From NCBI GenBank assembly GCA_002269645.1, contig NIVC01001822.1, positions 1-64,000 on the forward strand: 64,000 bases of DNA, written 5' to 3'. The DNA comes from Macrostomum lignano (Eukaryota). A model generated the notes under the pieces. It did not search any database, was not told the origin of the DNA, and saw only the letters and a program-made list of their open reading frames with translations. Shown here in pieces: positions 25,660 to 37,970 of this stretch (the first letter of the stretch is position 1; every line of letters begins with the position of its first letter). Both the position numbers and the translations under genes were made by a program.

Positions 25660-26025
25660 TTATGGATGACTGTTCGTGCCGCTATTGTTGCCAGCAGGCA
25701 TCATTAGAGCAGCTAAATTCGCTTCCAGCCGCTGAATTCGCTGCTCGTGTCCGTCCACTTTCTCCGACAGTGTCTTGACTCGGTCGCTCAGTCGACTGTT
25801 CTCCTGCTTGAGTTCGGCGATGAGACAGACAGTGTACTGGGCATGGCTTTCGCTCTCGTCGGCGTAGTGCCGACTCATCTGCTGCCGGTCGCCGGTGACA
25901 AACGGACAGCCGATGGGATTGAAAGCGCAGTGTGTCTCGCTGGCTGGCAGGCTGGGATGCTCCATATTGCTGACTCCTTGTTGCTGCTGCAGTTGTTGTT
26001 GGTTCGGCTCCGAAACTGTCGGCAT
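25660..26025 (-). CDS. TRAF-type zinc finger plus coiled-coil protein, 121 aa, no MATH domain seen
   Basis: ATG start. CAFNPIGCPF......MSRH......HAQY matches the TRAF zinc-finger spacing and is followed by heptads (IAELKQENSRLSDRVKTLSEKVDGHEQRIQRLE). Confidence 0.6.
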   Translation of the reverse strand: MPTVSEPNQQQLQQQQGVSNMEHPSLPASETHCAFNPIGCPFVTGDRQQMSRHYADESESHAQYTVCLIAELKQENSRLSDRVKTLSEKVDGHEQRIQRLEANLAALMMPAGNNSGTNSHP

Positions 26026-26860
26026 TTTCTATGAATACTTTGCCTGCTGCACGTAGGAGAAGCTATAGTTTCTTTAGCAAAGTGCTTATAGTAGACCAAT
26101 TTATATAGAAGATGAGTTGAATAATAAAGACCAAATTATATTATTGCGCGCAGTATTTATGCAAGGGTGCAGCGCTTGATAAGTGAGGAGACCTAGACAG
26201 GTAGACCTTGCAAAAGATTTTTAAAGTGCTACCCCCCCCTCATTTTCTTGCCCGACAAGACGTATTGTAGATTTTGCAGTTATATTTCAGTTGGTAATTT
26301 ATGCAGATTGCGACGACATTTTTTATCAAGGTATAATCACGCACGTCCGTCTTATCACCACAGTACGATTCTATCTCGAAGCTCAATGCAGTTCAAACTC
26401 GACTTCAGTTTTAAATCGTCATAGCTCATAGCCCGCAGACTGGTTTCGAATAAACTTTTTTTAGTAAGCGAGCGAGAGATGATACAGATTTTCAACTTGG
26501 GAGGGGCTATCTGGTGCGAAATTAGTGGACAAAACATGCAGTTGCAACATTCAAGGTCGCACGGTATTGGATGATGCGTTTGTAGGTACTCGATCCGCAA
26601 AACTACCGAACAAAACGGCCTTTTTGTCTCGCATGAGAGACAGAAAGAGGAGCTTTTGTTCCGGCGTGGGTCACATGGTTGTGCACTTTTAAAATCTTTT
26701 CAGTTTTGACTTCTAAGCTAGCGAGACTAGAGCCTTATATACTACCCGCTCCTTCTCTTTCTCTTTCTCCAACTCTCAGCTTCTTCTGCTGCAGAACGCA
26801 TGTCTATGGCACGAATTCTATGCTAGGGAGAATAGCAGTACTGATATTTACCAGCAGATA

Positions 26861-27512
26861 CACTCAGCAACATTTAAAACGCAACACTCTAACTAGAAGA
26901 AAAATCAACTCACTCAGAAGAGTCAAAGCGCATAGTCTATGGTTCAAATCGAGCTTCAGAAACGCGTGTAGCTTCCTCTCGCAAGTAACAGGGCGATGAC
27001 TATGGACTGTTTTCAGATAGAGTGATCCAGCTGAGAGAATGGTTCAACAGATGACAGACGCGGAAAGATGGCGAGCAGTCGGAATGTTGGAAGCAGGTTG
27101 TACTCTTCGAACAGTTGCGAACCACTTCGGGAGGTCGCCTTCAACAAAGAGTCAGCGAACTCAAGGACCAGCTGCACCTGCGTACTCTTCGGTGGCCTTC
27201 AAGATCCCCTGATATGAACCCAATTGAACATGTCTGGGACTTTATCAAGCGGAGTGTTCAACGGCAGAATCCGCCGCAGACAGTCGCTGAACTGCGAAAC
27301 GCTGTTGCTAACGCGTGGCAGGAAATTCCCCAGGACTTTTTTCGACGCCTTGTTCTGGGAATGCCACGTCGAGTCAACGCCCTGTTACTTGCGAGAGGAG
27401 GCTACACGCGTTTCTGAAGCTCGATTTGAACCATAGACTATGCGCTTTGACTCTTCTGAGTGAGTTGATTTTTCTTCTAGTTAGAGTGTTGCGTTTTAAA
27501 TGTTGCTGAGTG
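26861..27512 (+). mobile_element. Internally deleted Tc1 element, 652 bp
   Basis: TA|CACTCAGCAACATTTAAAACGCAACAC TIRs of about 136 bp. The HTH start MTDAERWRAVGMLEAG...VANHFG is fused to the DDE end WPSRSPDMNPIEHVW...GGYTRF*. Confidence 0.9.
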
Positions 27513-27645
27513 TATTTACCAGTTTCTTCATGAAATCAGATTTTAGCAGACTGCTGAATATCCGCGGTTATTGTAGCTGCTGCTAACTGGTAATTTACCA
27601 GTTGCTCATGAAATCGGTCCCAGGAGTCAGCGGAATGGGCAGAAC

Positions 27646-28086
27646 CATGGAGGAAAGAATAGAATGGAGTGCTAATCTGAGCCAGTTATTTTTATCTCGC
27701 TCGATCTTAACTTTTAACATCCCTTTCCCCCCGTTCTTTCCTATTGGCTCGTGACTGCCATAGACAAAGTATTTTTCGTCTCGTTTTCGTTTTCGTTCCC
27801 CTCTGAAAGGTCTGTCTCAACATAGTATTGGTTTTGTCAGCCTAACTGAGAATAAAGCCATCCAAAGTGAGAATCCTGCCTACGCTGACTGCGAAGGGCC
27901 TGGCTGCATGCAGCCTTAGTCTATGGGCCATAGACTATAAAGGATAAGCAAAGTGATAAAAAGCCATCCAATGTGAGAATCATGCCAATAGGAAGGAACG
28001 GGGGGAAAGGGATGTTAAAAGCGAAAATCGAGCGAGATAAAAATAACTGGCTCAGATTAGCACTCCATTCTATTCTTTCCTCCATG
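27646..28086. mobile_element. hAT-type MITE, 441 bp
   Basis: CATGGAGGAAAGAATAGAATGGAGTGC... TIRs of about 110 bp and exact 8-bp TSD GGCAGAAC. Confidence 0.9.
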
Positions 28087-29312
28087 GGCAGAACTGCCTC
28101 AGCGATGGTGTGAAAAGTGAAGAATGCTAAAAGTGAAGATCAAGCGAAACAAAAATAAGTAAGATTTGTCAAAATGGAGTTTTTGTCTGTGGTAGCAAAG
28201 TTGGTTCAGCGGCATTTAATTTGGTGCAACAAGCATTCACCTTTTGGTCCATAGCTTCATTTGCAGCTTTCTACGCCGAGTTCGGTGATATAAGTTGTTT
28301 GCTTTAAATATGAAAACAGAAAGCACATCATTCAAAATACACTTTTCATAGTTTTAACTTTTTGAAAAGATTGTACTCATTTTTGCGAGACGTAATAGAT
28401 AAATTTGGGAAGGGGTTCAACTTCTAAACTGGCTCTGTGTATTGGAAGGGGGTCGGTGTGTATTGGAGGGTTAAGTTGATTTAGATTGCGCAACCATTTT
28501 GGTAACTTTAACTGAGAATGATACTGACTGGCGGAAATCGATTACGCCATCAATTGGTTCAATTTTTTATTATCGGCGCCTTTTAACAGGCTGCTCTGCG
28601 TATCCCTAACCCTAACCTTATAACCCTAACCAGTGATTTCAATTTCAATTTATTAGTATTGGTTGACGGAGATGATATTGTTAGATGTCGTTTAACAGAG
28701 GGGATTTTGATAGAGTTCAGTTTCATGAAGAGATGATGAAGTTCTGTTTCACGGATGGGAGTTGATAAAACTCTGTTTCACGGATATGATTTTGATAAAA
28801 CTCTGTTTCACGGAGGGGATTTCTGTTTCGCGGAGGCCATTTGGAAGATAGGATTCCGGTCATGGGATTCAGCTGATGGATTTCAAGGAATGGAATTCTG
28901 GCGATGGGAGTTCTATTCCCTTTTTCCTCCAACGGAGGAGTTGGCCTCGTATTCTATAAGATTGGAGTATTGAAGAGTATCTAGAGATGAATAAACTTTT
29001 TGGTTTGCATTTCTAAATTATGCAGTTTTAGTTGTACTTGTACGAGTGTAATTTTACAGCTATTGCGAATACACAAAATGCTTCGCCTTACTGTTCTTTT
29101 TTCTTTTCATTTAGCATTTTCTAAGACAATAATAACTACGTAATGAGTTAAATTAGCTACAGCAATATTTTCAAGTGCGTAAGCTTATTTATGGCGTTCG
29201 TGAGAAACTAGGCTCGCATCTTATCTTCGACAGGAACCGCCAAAAGCAGAATATTTTGCCGCAAAATGTAGCTCGTAATAAAAATGCCGAGGCTTACTGG
29301 GTGAATTGCGTA

Positions 29313-29712
29313 GATGTCAAGGCCTACTGGGGGAATCGCTAAGATGTCAAGGCTTACTTGTGGAATCGCTAAGATGTCAAGGCTTGTTTGGGGAATCGCT
29401 AAGATGTCAAGGCTTACTTGTGGAACCGCTAAGATGTCAAGGCTTGTTTGGGGAATCGCTAAGATGTCAAGGCTTACTTGTGGAATCGCTAAGATGTCAA
29501 GGCTTACTTGTGGAATCGGTAAGATGTCAAGGCTTACTTGTGGAATCGCTAAGATGTCAAGGCTTACTTGTGGAATTGCTAAGATGTCAAGGCTTACTTG
29601 TGGAATTGCTAAGATGTCAAGGCTTACTTGGGGAATTGCTAAGATGTCAAGGCTTACTTGGGGAATTGCTAAGATGTCGAGGCTTACTGGGGGAATTGCT
29701 TAGGTGTCAAGG
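29313..29712. repeat. 30-bp minisatellite (AAGATGTCAAGGCTTACTTGTGGAATCGCT)n, about 13 copies
   Basis: Directly visible units. Confidence 0.95.
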
Positions 29713-30496
29713 CAAATAGGATAGTTTTCCTAATTTAAAATAATTTGTCCCTTGCCTATTGGGCACCCCGAGGGGGGGGCACTAGATTGGTAGCCACAAC
29801 TGACTTATTTTTAAAAAGCATGTTCTTGAGTTTATGAAGCATTCATAAGTCAGTAGAATCCAGCTTACAGACTGCACCCAGCAAAATAACACAAAATAGT
29901 TTAACAAATCCTGTTAAATTTTTCTACTGCCATTATAAAGTAAAAAACATTGCCTTGCAACCAGAAATCAGGGCAAGACTAATAAATGTATTTGATTGTA
30001 TTTTAACAAAAAGTTGAAATTAAATTTGCGATTCGTGCTACTATTGACAAGCGCTGAGATAGCACGTGCACATATTGAAATATACAAGCAACAAAAATTA
30101 CACAAAGTAGTCTTCTTGATAAAAATAGTTCATAGCTAACTATTGTTGACATCATTAACATGATGAATAAGACAATACATACACCAGCTACAAATTAATT
30201 TATTTGAGAAATACAACAGATACTATTCCCCGAAAGTAATAAGCGATTGCACAACAAACAAGACTATTTTTATTAATTTAATACTTGGAATACTAGCATA
30301 ATAATGAAGATTAGCGTACAAGTTCAAGCTGCTAATCTAGCTTTAGCTTGCACTAAACTGTACAGAATGTTTATAGGGTTACATGAGAGCACAAATACAA
30401 ATCAAGCAGACGTGCAAAGGTAATATTTAAAGTCGCAGTTATGCACAATTTCAGATGTACTAAAAACAAAACAGCTGCAAAAATGCCGGCTACTAA

Positions 30497-32318
30497 ATCA
30501 GCTGAGTCACTCAATCCTACTCAACCGAAATACCCAGTCAGCTCAAAAGCTACTCACTCAGCTGAGTCACTCAATCCTACTCAACCAAAACACCCCAGTC
30601 AGCTCAAAAGCTACTCACTCAGCTGAGTCACTCAATCCTACTCAACCGAAACACCCCAGTCAGCTCAAAAGCTACTCACTCAGCTGAGTCACTCAATCCT
30701 ACTCAACCGAAATACCCAGTCAGCTCAAAAGCTACTCACTCAGCTGAGTCACTCAATCCTACTCAACCAAAACACCCCAGTCAGCTCAAAAGCTACTCAC
30801 TCAGCTGAGTCACTCAATCCTACTCAACCAAAACACTCTAGTCAGCTCAAAAGCTACTCACTCAGCTGAGTCACTCAATCCTACTCAACCGAAACACCCC
30901 AGTCAGCTCAAAAGCTACTCACTCAGCTGAGTCACTCAATCCTACTCAACCGAAACACCCCAGTCAGCTCAAAAGCTACTCACTCAGCTGAGTCACTCAA
31001 TCCTACTCAACCGAAACACCCCAGTCAGCTCAAAAGCTACTCACTCAGCTGAGTCACTCAATCCTACTCAACCGAAACACCCAGTCAGCTCAAAAGCTAC
31101 TCACTCAGCTGAGTCACTCAATCCTACTCAACCAAAACACCCCAGTCAGCTCAAAAGCTACTCACTCAGCTGAGTCACTCAATCCTACTCAACCGAAACA
31201 CCCCAGTCAGCTCAAAAGCTACTCACTCAGCTGAGTCACTCAATCCTACTCAACCGAAACACCCCAGTCAGCTCAAAAGCTACTCACTCAGCTGAGTCAC
31301 TCAATCCTACTCAACCAAAACACCCAGTCAGCTCAAAAGCTACTCACTCAGCTGAGTCACTCAATCCTACTCAACCGAAATACCCAGTCAGCTCAAAAGC
31401 TACTCACTCAGCTGAGTCACTCAATCCTACTCAACCAAAACACCCCAGTCAGCTCAAAAGCTACTCACTCAGCTGAGTCACTCAATCCTACTCAACCAAA
31501 ACACTCTAGTCAGCTCAAAAGCTACTCACTCAGCTGAGTCACTCAATCCTACTCAACCGAAACACCCCAGTCAGCTCAAAAGCTACTCACTCAGCTGAGT
31601 CACTCAATCCTACTCAACCGAAACACCCCAGTCAGCTCAAAAGCTACTCACTCAGCTGAGTCACTCAATCCTACTCAACCGAAACACCCCAGTCAGCTCA
31701 AAAGCTACTCACTCAGCTGAGTCACTCAATCCTACTCAACCGAAACACCCAGTCAGCTCAAAAGCTACTCACTCAGCTGAGTCACTCAATCCTACTCAAC
31801 CAAAACACCCCAGTCAGCTCAAAAGCTACTCACTCAGCTGAGTCACTCAATCCTACTCAACCAAAAACACCCCAGTCAGCTCAAAAGCTACTCACTCAGC
31901 TGAGTCACTCAATCCTACTCAACCAAAACACCCAGTCAGCTCAAAAGCTACTCACTCAGCTGAGTCACTCAATCCTACTCAACCAAAACACCCAGTCAGC
32001 TCAAAAGCTACTCACTCAGCTGAGTCACTCAATCCTACTCAACCGAAACACCCAGTCAGCTCAAAAGCTACTCACTCAGCTGAGTCACTCAATCCTACTC
32101 AACCAAAACACCCCAGTCAGCTCAAAAGCTACTCACTCAGCTGAGTCACTCAATCCTACTCAACCAAAAACACCCCAGTCAGCTCAAAAGCTACTCACTC
32201 AGCTGAGTCACTCAATCCTACTCAACCAAAACACCCAGTCAGCTCAAAAGCTACTCACTCAGCTGAGTCACTCAATCCTACTCAACCAAAACACCCAGTC
32301 AGCTCAAAAGCTACTCAA
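30497..32318. repeat. 61-bp tandem array, about 30 copies, immediately 3' of trx copy 1
   Basis: Unit CAGCTGAGTCACTCAATCCTACTCAACCGAAACACCCCAGTCAGCTCAAAAGCTACTCACT. Confidence 0.97.
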
Positions 32319-35300
32319 TCAGTTGAGGAACTTCCTGCAGCTCACGGACCCGCAGTGACAGGCCACCTTGTCCTCCTCCTTATCAAACCGGTAATCGTAC
32401 GTCAGCTCCTCTCCAGCCGCGATGTCCCGCCCAGCAACTATCAGAATTCGCTGGTCCATGACTCGAGTCACGCAGTTTGGTGAGCAGCTGTGGTTGATGA
32501 AGCGCGCTGGGCCACCCTTCATGCTGGCGTCAATCACCCACTGCCAGTTCACCTTGAACAGGTAGCAGTCAATGTTGCGGCTCTGGTAGAATTTCTCCTT
32601 GGCCTCAGACAGGCTGGCTCTGATGAGCTCTCCAGTGTACTCAACTATGAACTCGGCCTTCGCAAACGGCCGCACAGCGAACAGGCCCAGGCCATGGATA
32701 CTGGATGGTAGCACCTGGACTCTGCACTGCCAATGCTCACTGCGGGCCACACGAATCTGGTTGCGCACTGTGGCCACCGCAGCCTCCTCGCTGCACTGCT
32801 GCTCAACTGTCGTCACGGGCCTGCGGGCTGAGCTTAGCAGGAAGCTGAAGGTGCGCTTCAACTGCGAGTTGCCCGCTGCAGCCTCCGGCCTGCTGGCTGC
32901 CTTGAACGGCTCTGAGCGGGCGCAGCCGCTGGCGTTTGGCGAAGACTCCTGCTTGCGCAGCTGCGCCCAGCGGTGGATTAAATACTTAGGAGAATAGCCG
33001 CGGCAGAATCCCAGCTGCTCCACGCACCACACCACTCTGGGATGGACAATTCCTACTGAGCTCCAGCCGTTGCCTGTGAAATTGAGGGAGAAATACTAGG
33101 TGATAGATACTAGGGAATGAAGAAATATCATTTAGTAAGCACTGCATTGCGAATCTAAATGTATAGGATTTGGGATTTGGAATGCAGGAGATTAGAGATG
33201 TGAATACTACAGGATTTGGGATTTGGGATGCAGGGGATTAGAGATGTGAATACTACAGGATTTGGGATTTGGAATGCAGGAGATTAGAGATGTGAATACT
33301 ACAGGATTTAGGATTGGGGATGCAGGGGATTAGAGATGTGAATATTACAGGATTTGGGATTTGGGATGCAGGGGATTAGAGATGTGAATATTACAGGATT
33401 TGGGATTTGGGATGCAGGGGATTAGAGATGTGAATATTACAGGATTTAGGATCTGGGATGTCCCGTTGGATTTTGATTTTCTAAAGTAGGCATGAAAGGT
33501 GAAGAGTTTTACACCTTCTGCCTCACTTTCGCCTCTCTTATGCCTATTTTGTGCCACTTGTGCACCGCGTGTTCACCTGAGTGCCTCTGCAGGGTCAAAA
33601 GGTGAGTTTAAGGCATGAAATATGCGGTAGGGGCACAGGTGTCATAGGGGAGTTGGGTGCATTAAAGGTGCAGTGTGTGCATTGGAGGCACAAAAGGTTA
33701 ACAAAAGGAGGTGCACAGTGGGCACTTTAGGTGTAGAAGCAATGCAAGGGGCATTCCAACTTTTCTTTGCTACTTTTCCTCACTATTCTTTGGAAAGATT
33801 CGAAACCTATTCGCACCTATTTACTCAGGCAAACTGAAAGAAGTAGTTTAATTAGAATCATGTACACCCACCTCGAATTCACCTCAAAATCATGCACTTT
33901 CTGTGCCCCTTCTGCACCTCCCGTGCACCTGCTGTGCCTCACTTATGAGCCTACTGTTCACCTTTTGCGCACCTCTGGTGCCCCTTACACACCTTTACTG
34001 CTCCTACCGCCGCAACCAATCAAAATTGAGAATTCACCTACTGCCTGACCACTTCATCGATTGTACACCTTTCATGCCTCTTTTCAAAAATATTGGTGAT
34101 ACTTAGGCATAAAAGGTGCACTCATGTGCCTTTCCAAAACATGCACGAAATAGGCCACCAAAGTGCCTCTTTTGTGCACCTCGCGCACCTTTTAAGCCTA
34201 TATACACAGGTGCATCACTTTTCCAACAGGTGTAGGGGATTAGAGATTTGAATATTACAGGATTTCGGATGTAGGGGATCAGAAATGTGAATATTACAGG
34301 ATTTGGGATGTAGGATTATAAATGTGAATATTACAGGATTTGGGATTTAGGATGCATTGAATTGGAGATGTGATACATTAGATTTGAATCGAGCATGAGT
34401 TGTGTTTATTAGTTACGGAGGACTAACTGGCTACACTGTCAAGTCCATTTGAAATAGGAATGCTTCCAACATTCAATAAGTTCAGATCAAGGCTACAGCA
34501 GGACAAATCTCTCACCTGCCAGTAGCAGCGGCTTCCGCCCGTTGACCTGCGCTGTCCAGCACTCGCCCACCATCTGGCACAGCCGCCTCATCACCGTGAC
34601 TGGATGGGAGGCGCACAGTCGCAAGGACTCTTCGCGAGACGCCAGCACAAAGCGCACCTTGCCAGCCTCAGCCTGCAGTCTCCAGTCGTAGATGCTGATC
34701 TTGCCAGCCTCCCGGATGCTCCAGAACTGGCGCTGGGCCCTAAAGCCCACAGGCAGCAGCACGGTGCCCATGGAGCCGGACTCTGCACGCAGGCAGCCAA
34801 GCCGGGTGATCAACAGGCCGCCAATCCTGACGGTCACCTCATCAGGCGGCAGGGACACCTCGCAGAGGCTCTGGTCCGCTGCACCCACCACCAGCCGCTG
34901 GCACAACAGGCGGCCAAAGTCGCTGGGCGGAAGGTCGCAGCCTGCAAACTCTGCAATGTCGGCGCAGTCGCTGCAGCGGCACTCGCAGAGGTCGCTGAAC
35001 TGCCAGCCAGACGTCAGGGCGCAGCCAAGGTGACAAACCCGAGGACACGACAGGCTCAGACAATCGATGCTCGCTCCCACCTTGCCGCACTCTGAGCACC
35101 TGTTGCCCCGAGCTCTGCGCACAGCAGCCCGAACTCCCTGAATGCAGTCGCTCTCGTCAACTCGAATCTCCGGCGAGAACAGCGCGCAGCCCGCGTGAAT
35201 CCAGGAGGTCCGCGCGCTTGGCAGCAGCCGCCCGAGCACCGAGTCCTGCTTCCTCTGACCGCACAGCTCGCATTCGCCAGCTCCATCAACTGCAGTCGCC

Positions 35301-37970
35301 TCTCTCAGCTTCCTCACTGACAGCTCCCGGCACTCCTTCATCATCGAGCAGCTCAACGCGTCAGCGTCCACCGGCTCCGGGCATCTTGGCGCTGCATCCA
35401 GGACCTCCGCGCGGAGATCAGCAAGGCGAAGCCACGAGAACAGCGCAGCAACTCCTTTGTCTAGGGCCGTTGACAGCAGCGCACAGTCCGGCAGCTTGTC
35501 AGGGATCTGTGGATGGAGAGGAGGTTGCTTCTGGAATTGCAATGGTTTGCTGAGGATCTGCTACTAGGAGCAGAAAAGGAAGGCTTCTGCCTAGGGTCTG
35601 CTTCTAGAAGTAACAAAGAATGGTTCCCCCGTCTCAGCTTACCTTGCAGGCCTCGATGAGCTCAATGATGATGGCTTTGACCAGGTCGTGTCCCGAGCTG
35701 AACTCCTGGTACGGAGGCATCCTGCAGAAGATCTTCTCAGCCGCAGCCTCATGCCTGGCCTCATCAATGTCGTCCAGGACGCCGTCCAGCTGCTGAGGCC
35801 GAGACGGCAGTCCGAGGCTCTCGCTCAGGGCGCGGATCCTGGCTCGGAGGTCCTTCACGCAGGCGGCCTTCAGAGCGTGGAAGCCCCGAGAGTCGCAGTC
35901 CCGACAGAAAAAGTCCAGCTGCTCGTTCACCAGGTACACGTGGTACAGCTCGTCATTGATGCCAGCGCAGGTGGCGTGCACCACATTCTTGCAGTCTGGG
36001 GTGGAGCACGCCAATGAATTGCCAATCAGAGAGGTGACCCGATGGCACTCGTGGCAAGTCACCTCCGTGCTCTCGCAGTGCTGGCACAAGTTGTCCCAGT
36101 CTGACCAGTCATCGCTGAATACTTTGCCGCAGTGCTTACAGGCTGCACAGTCGCAGCACAGCTGCCAGTCCTTCACGCTGTACCCTCGACTCTCTTCAAG
36201 ACAGTCTGGATGGTAGGCAGCCCCGCACTTGATGCAGCTGCGACACGCTGTCCCAGACCGCTTGCACACTCGGCACACAAGGCAACGGGCGCATCGCCAA
36301 GGTGTCAGGCCGGACCACAGAGGCCGCTCGCATACAGACAGGCAGTACAGGTGAAACTGCTCAGTACAGCAGCTGCATCTCAGCATCAGATCCTGCTCTG
36401 CACCACCGCTACCGCACAATAAGCACTGCGGCTGGCTTATATCGGGCACAGATCCCTTCCGACCGAATACGGCTACTCCATCACGCCAAGCCTCTTCTCT
36501 GTTCGACATCTCCTGCGGCACATCCACTGCCACGGATCCCGTGTCTCCAGTCACTGCCTGCACGCACTGCCGCAGTTGGCCCCGACTCACCGAGTCATAC
36601 AGAGAGCCCATTCGCTGAGCTGCTTCAACTGATGGCCTCTTTATCTTTACAGCTTTCTTGCCACCTGATTCAGCAGAATCAGCCTGAGGCTTTGGTCGCT
36701 CTCCGTAGCGACTCACCCAGCTGGGAAAGCCCTTAGCAACTGAGTAGACAGACAGATCGATGCCCGATTTGAGCACAGCAACAGCCCTGCACTTGGCACA
36801 GCCTCCGCAGTCGCACTCCAAATCGCTCTGCTGACTGGCTGAGCGAAGACTAGCAGTGAAGGCCGTGTAGCAGGTCTTGCAGATGTCAATCTTGCCCTGC
36901 AGCGAGATCAGCAGAGCTGCGCATCCACACACGCTGCAGTAAATCGATCCGCCCTCTGCCTCCTCAACACTCGAGTCCGCAATCTTCATCTTTGCCTTTC
37001 GCTTCGGCTCTGCCACCGCTGCAGTCTCCAGCTTCCCTGCCGCCTCATCACCCGCCAGCTGCTCTTCCTTCACTGCCGCCGCCTCAGGCAGAGCGTCGCT
37101 CTTCCGCTTTCGCCGTCGCTGCTTTTTCTCTGCTGATGAGGCGCCGCCACTGCCGGCTGCTCCCTCGCTGGTCGATCGGCGCTTCTGTTTGCCCGCCTTC
37201 TTCTTTTGCTGCCGTGACGCCTCCTCCGCCATCACCGGCTGCTGCTGCTGCTGCGGCTGCTTTCGACGCTCCCCGCCGCTCTCCTCTTCGTCGATGAATC
37301 GGCGCGGCTTCTTCGACCTCCGCCTGCCGTCATCAGCTGGTGCCGTCTCGTCCGCTGCTTCAGAGGCCGCCGCTGCTGGTTCCGCCTTCACAGCCGCTGC
37401 CTCATCGCCTGCTGACTCTGCCACCGAATCTTCGGCTGCTGACTCTGCCGCCTCGGCCTTCTCTGGCTTGACGACCTCCGCGCTCTCCTGGCCGCTCCGC
37501 TTCGCTGCGCTGTACACAACCACGCCGCACAGGGCTGCCATGTGCTTCTCTTCCAGGCGCTTCAGTCGCTCCGCCTTTGTGCCTCGCTTGTAAGTCGCAT
37601 AGCGCTGGCCAGACTTCACAGACTCCTGCAGCACCCGCAGGCTCATGCTCTGGTGCAGGCGGGTCGTCTTCTTTTCGTTAACTTCGGCTTTGAATTCTAG
37701 CAGCTTTTGAAGTCGTTTTTCAGCACTGAAAACCTTCTGCTTGGCGGGTGTACCGGCAGTTTTACGGGGCCTACCGCGACCTCGGCTGGGTGCAGTGGCA
37801 GCCACGGTGTTTTCAGCGGCAGCGTCGCCAGCAACTGGCGAGGGATCTCTTGAGGCTGGTTCAGATTTGGCTTCGACTTCGTCTTGACCGCTGATGAAAG
37901 CGTGCCAGTCAATTTCCAAGCCTCTTTTTGTAGAGCCTGATAACTCTGGCGATGCTGGTAGTTCAGACAT
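32319..37970 (-). CDS. trx: Compact trithorax/KMT2-type histone H3K4 methyltransferase, copy 1 (3 exons, about 1374 aa)
   Basis: Exons 37970-35643, 35557-34516 and 33073-32319 total 4125 nt in frame. Domains in order: AT-hook (GRGRPRK), NR-type C4 zinc finger, three PHD fingers, ePHD, FYRN, FYRC, WIN motif (GCARSE), SET (IHGLGLF, EYTGE, ARFINHSCSPNC, EELTYDY) and post-SET (CHCGSVSCRKFLN). Confidence 0.9.
33165..33461. repeat. 46-bp minisatellite in trx copy 1 intron 2 (resumes at 34231-34365)
   Basis: GATGTGAATATTACAGGATTTGGGATTTGGGATGCAGGGGATTAGA units. Confidence 0.9.
33462..34230. mobile_element. Non-autonomous CMC/EnSpm-like insertion splitting the 46-bp array
   Basis: Ends CCCGTTGGA / TCCAACAGG, with TGT duplicated on both sides (empty site GGGATGTAGGGG). 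Interior is rich in AGGTG/GTGCAC motifs. Confidence 0.65.

Noticed and set aside
28604-28631. Chromosome end or telomere
   Set aside because: Only about four imperfect hexamers, internal to unique sequence.
30497-32318. CRISPR-like appearance of the regular repeats
   Set aside because: The units are head-to-tail with no unique spacers, there are no cas genes, and the context is eukaryotic.
34591-37593. Many ORFs antisense or out of frame to trx, USP (4574-5131), the amine oxidase and the GYG protein
   Set aside because: They are shadow ORFs of GC-rich coding sequence.
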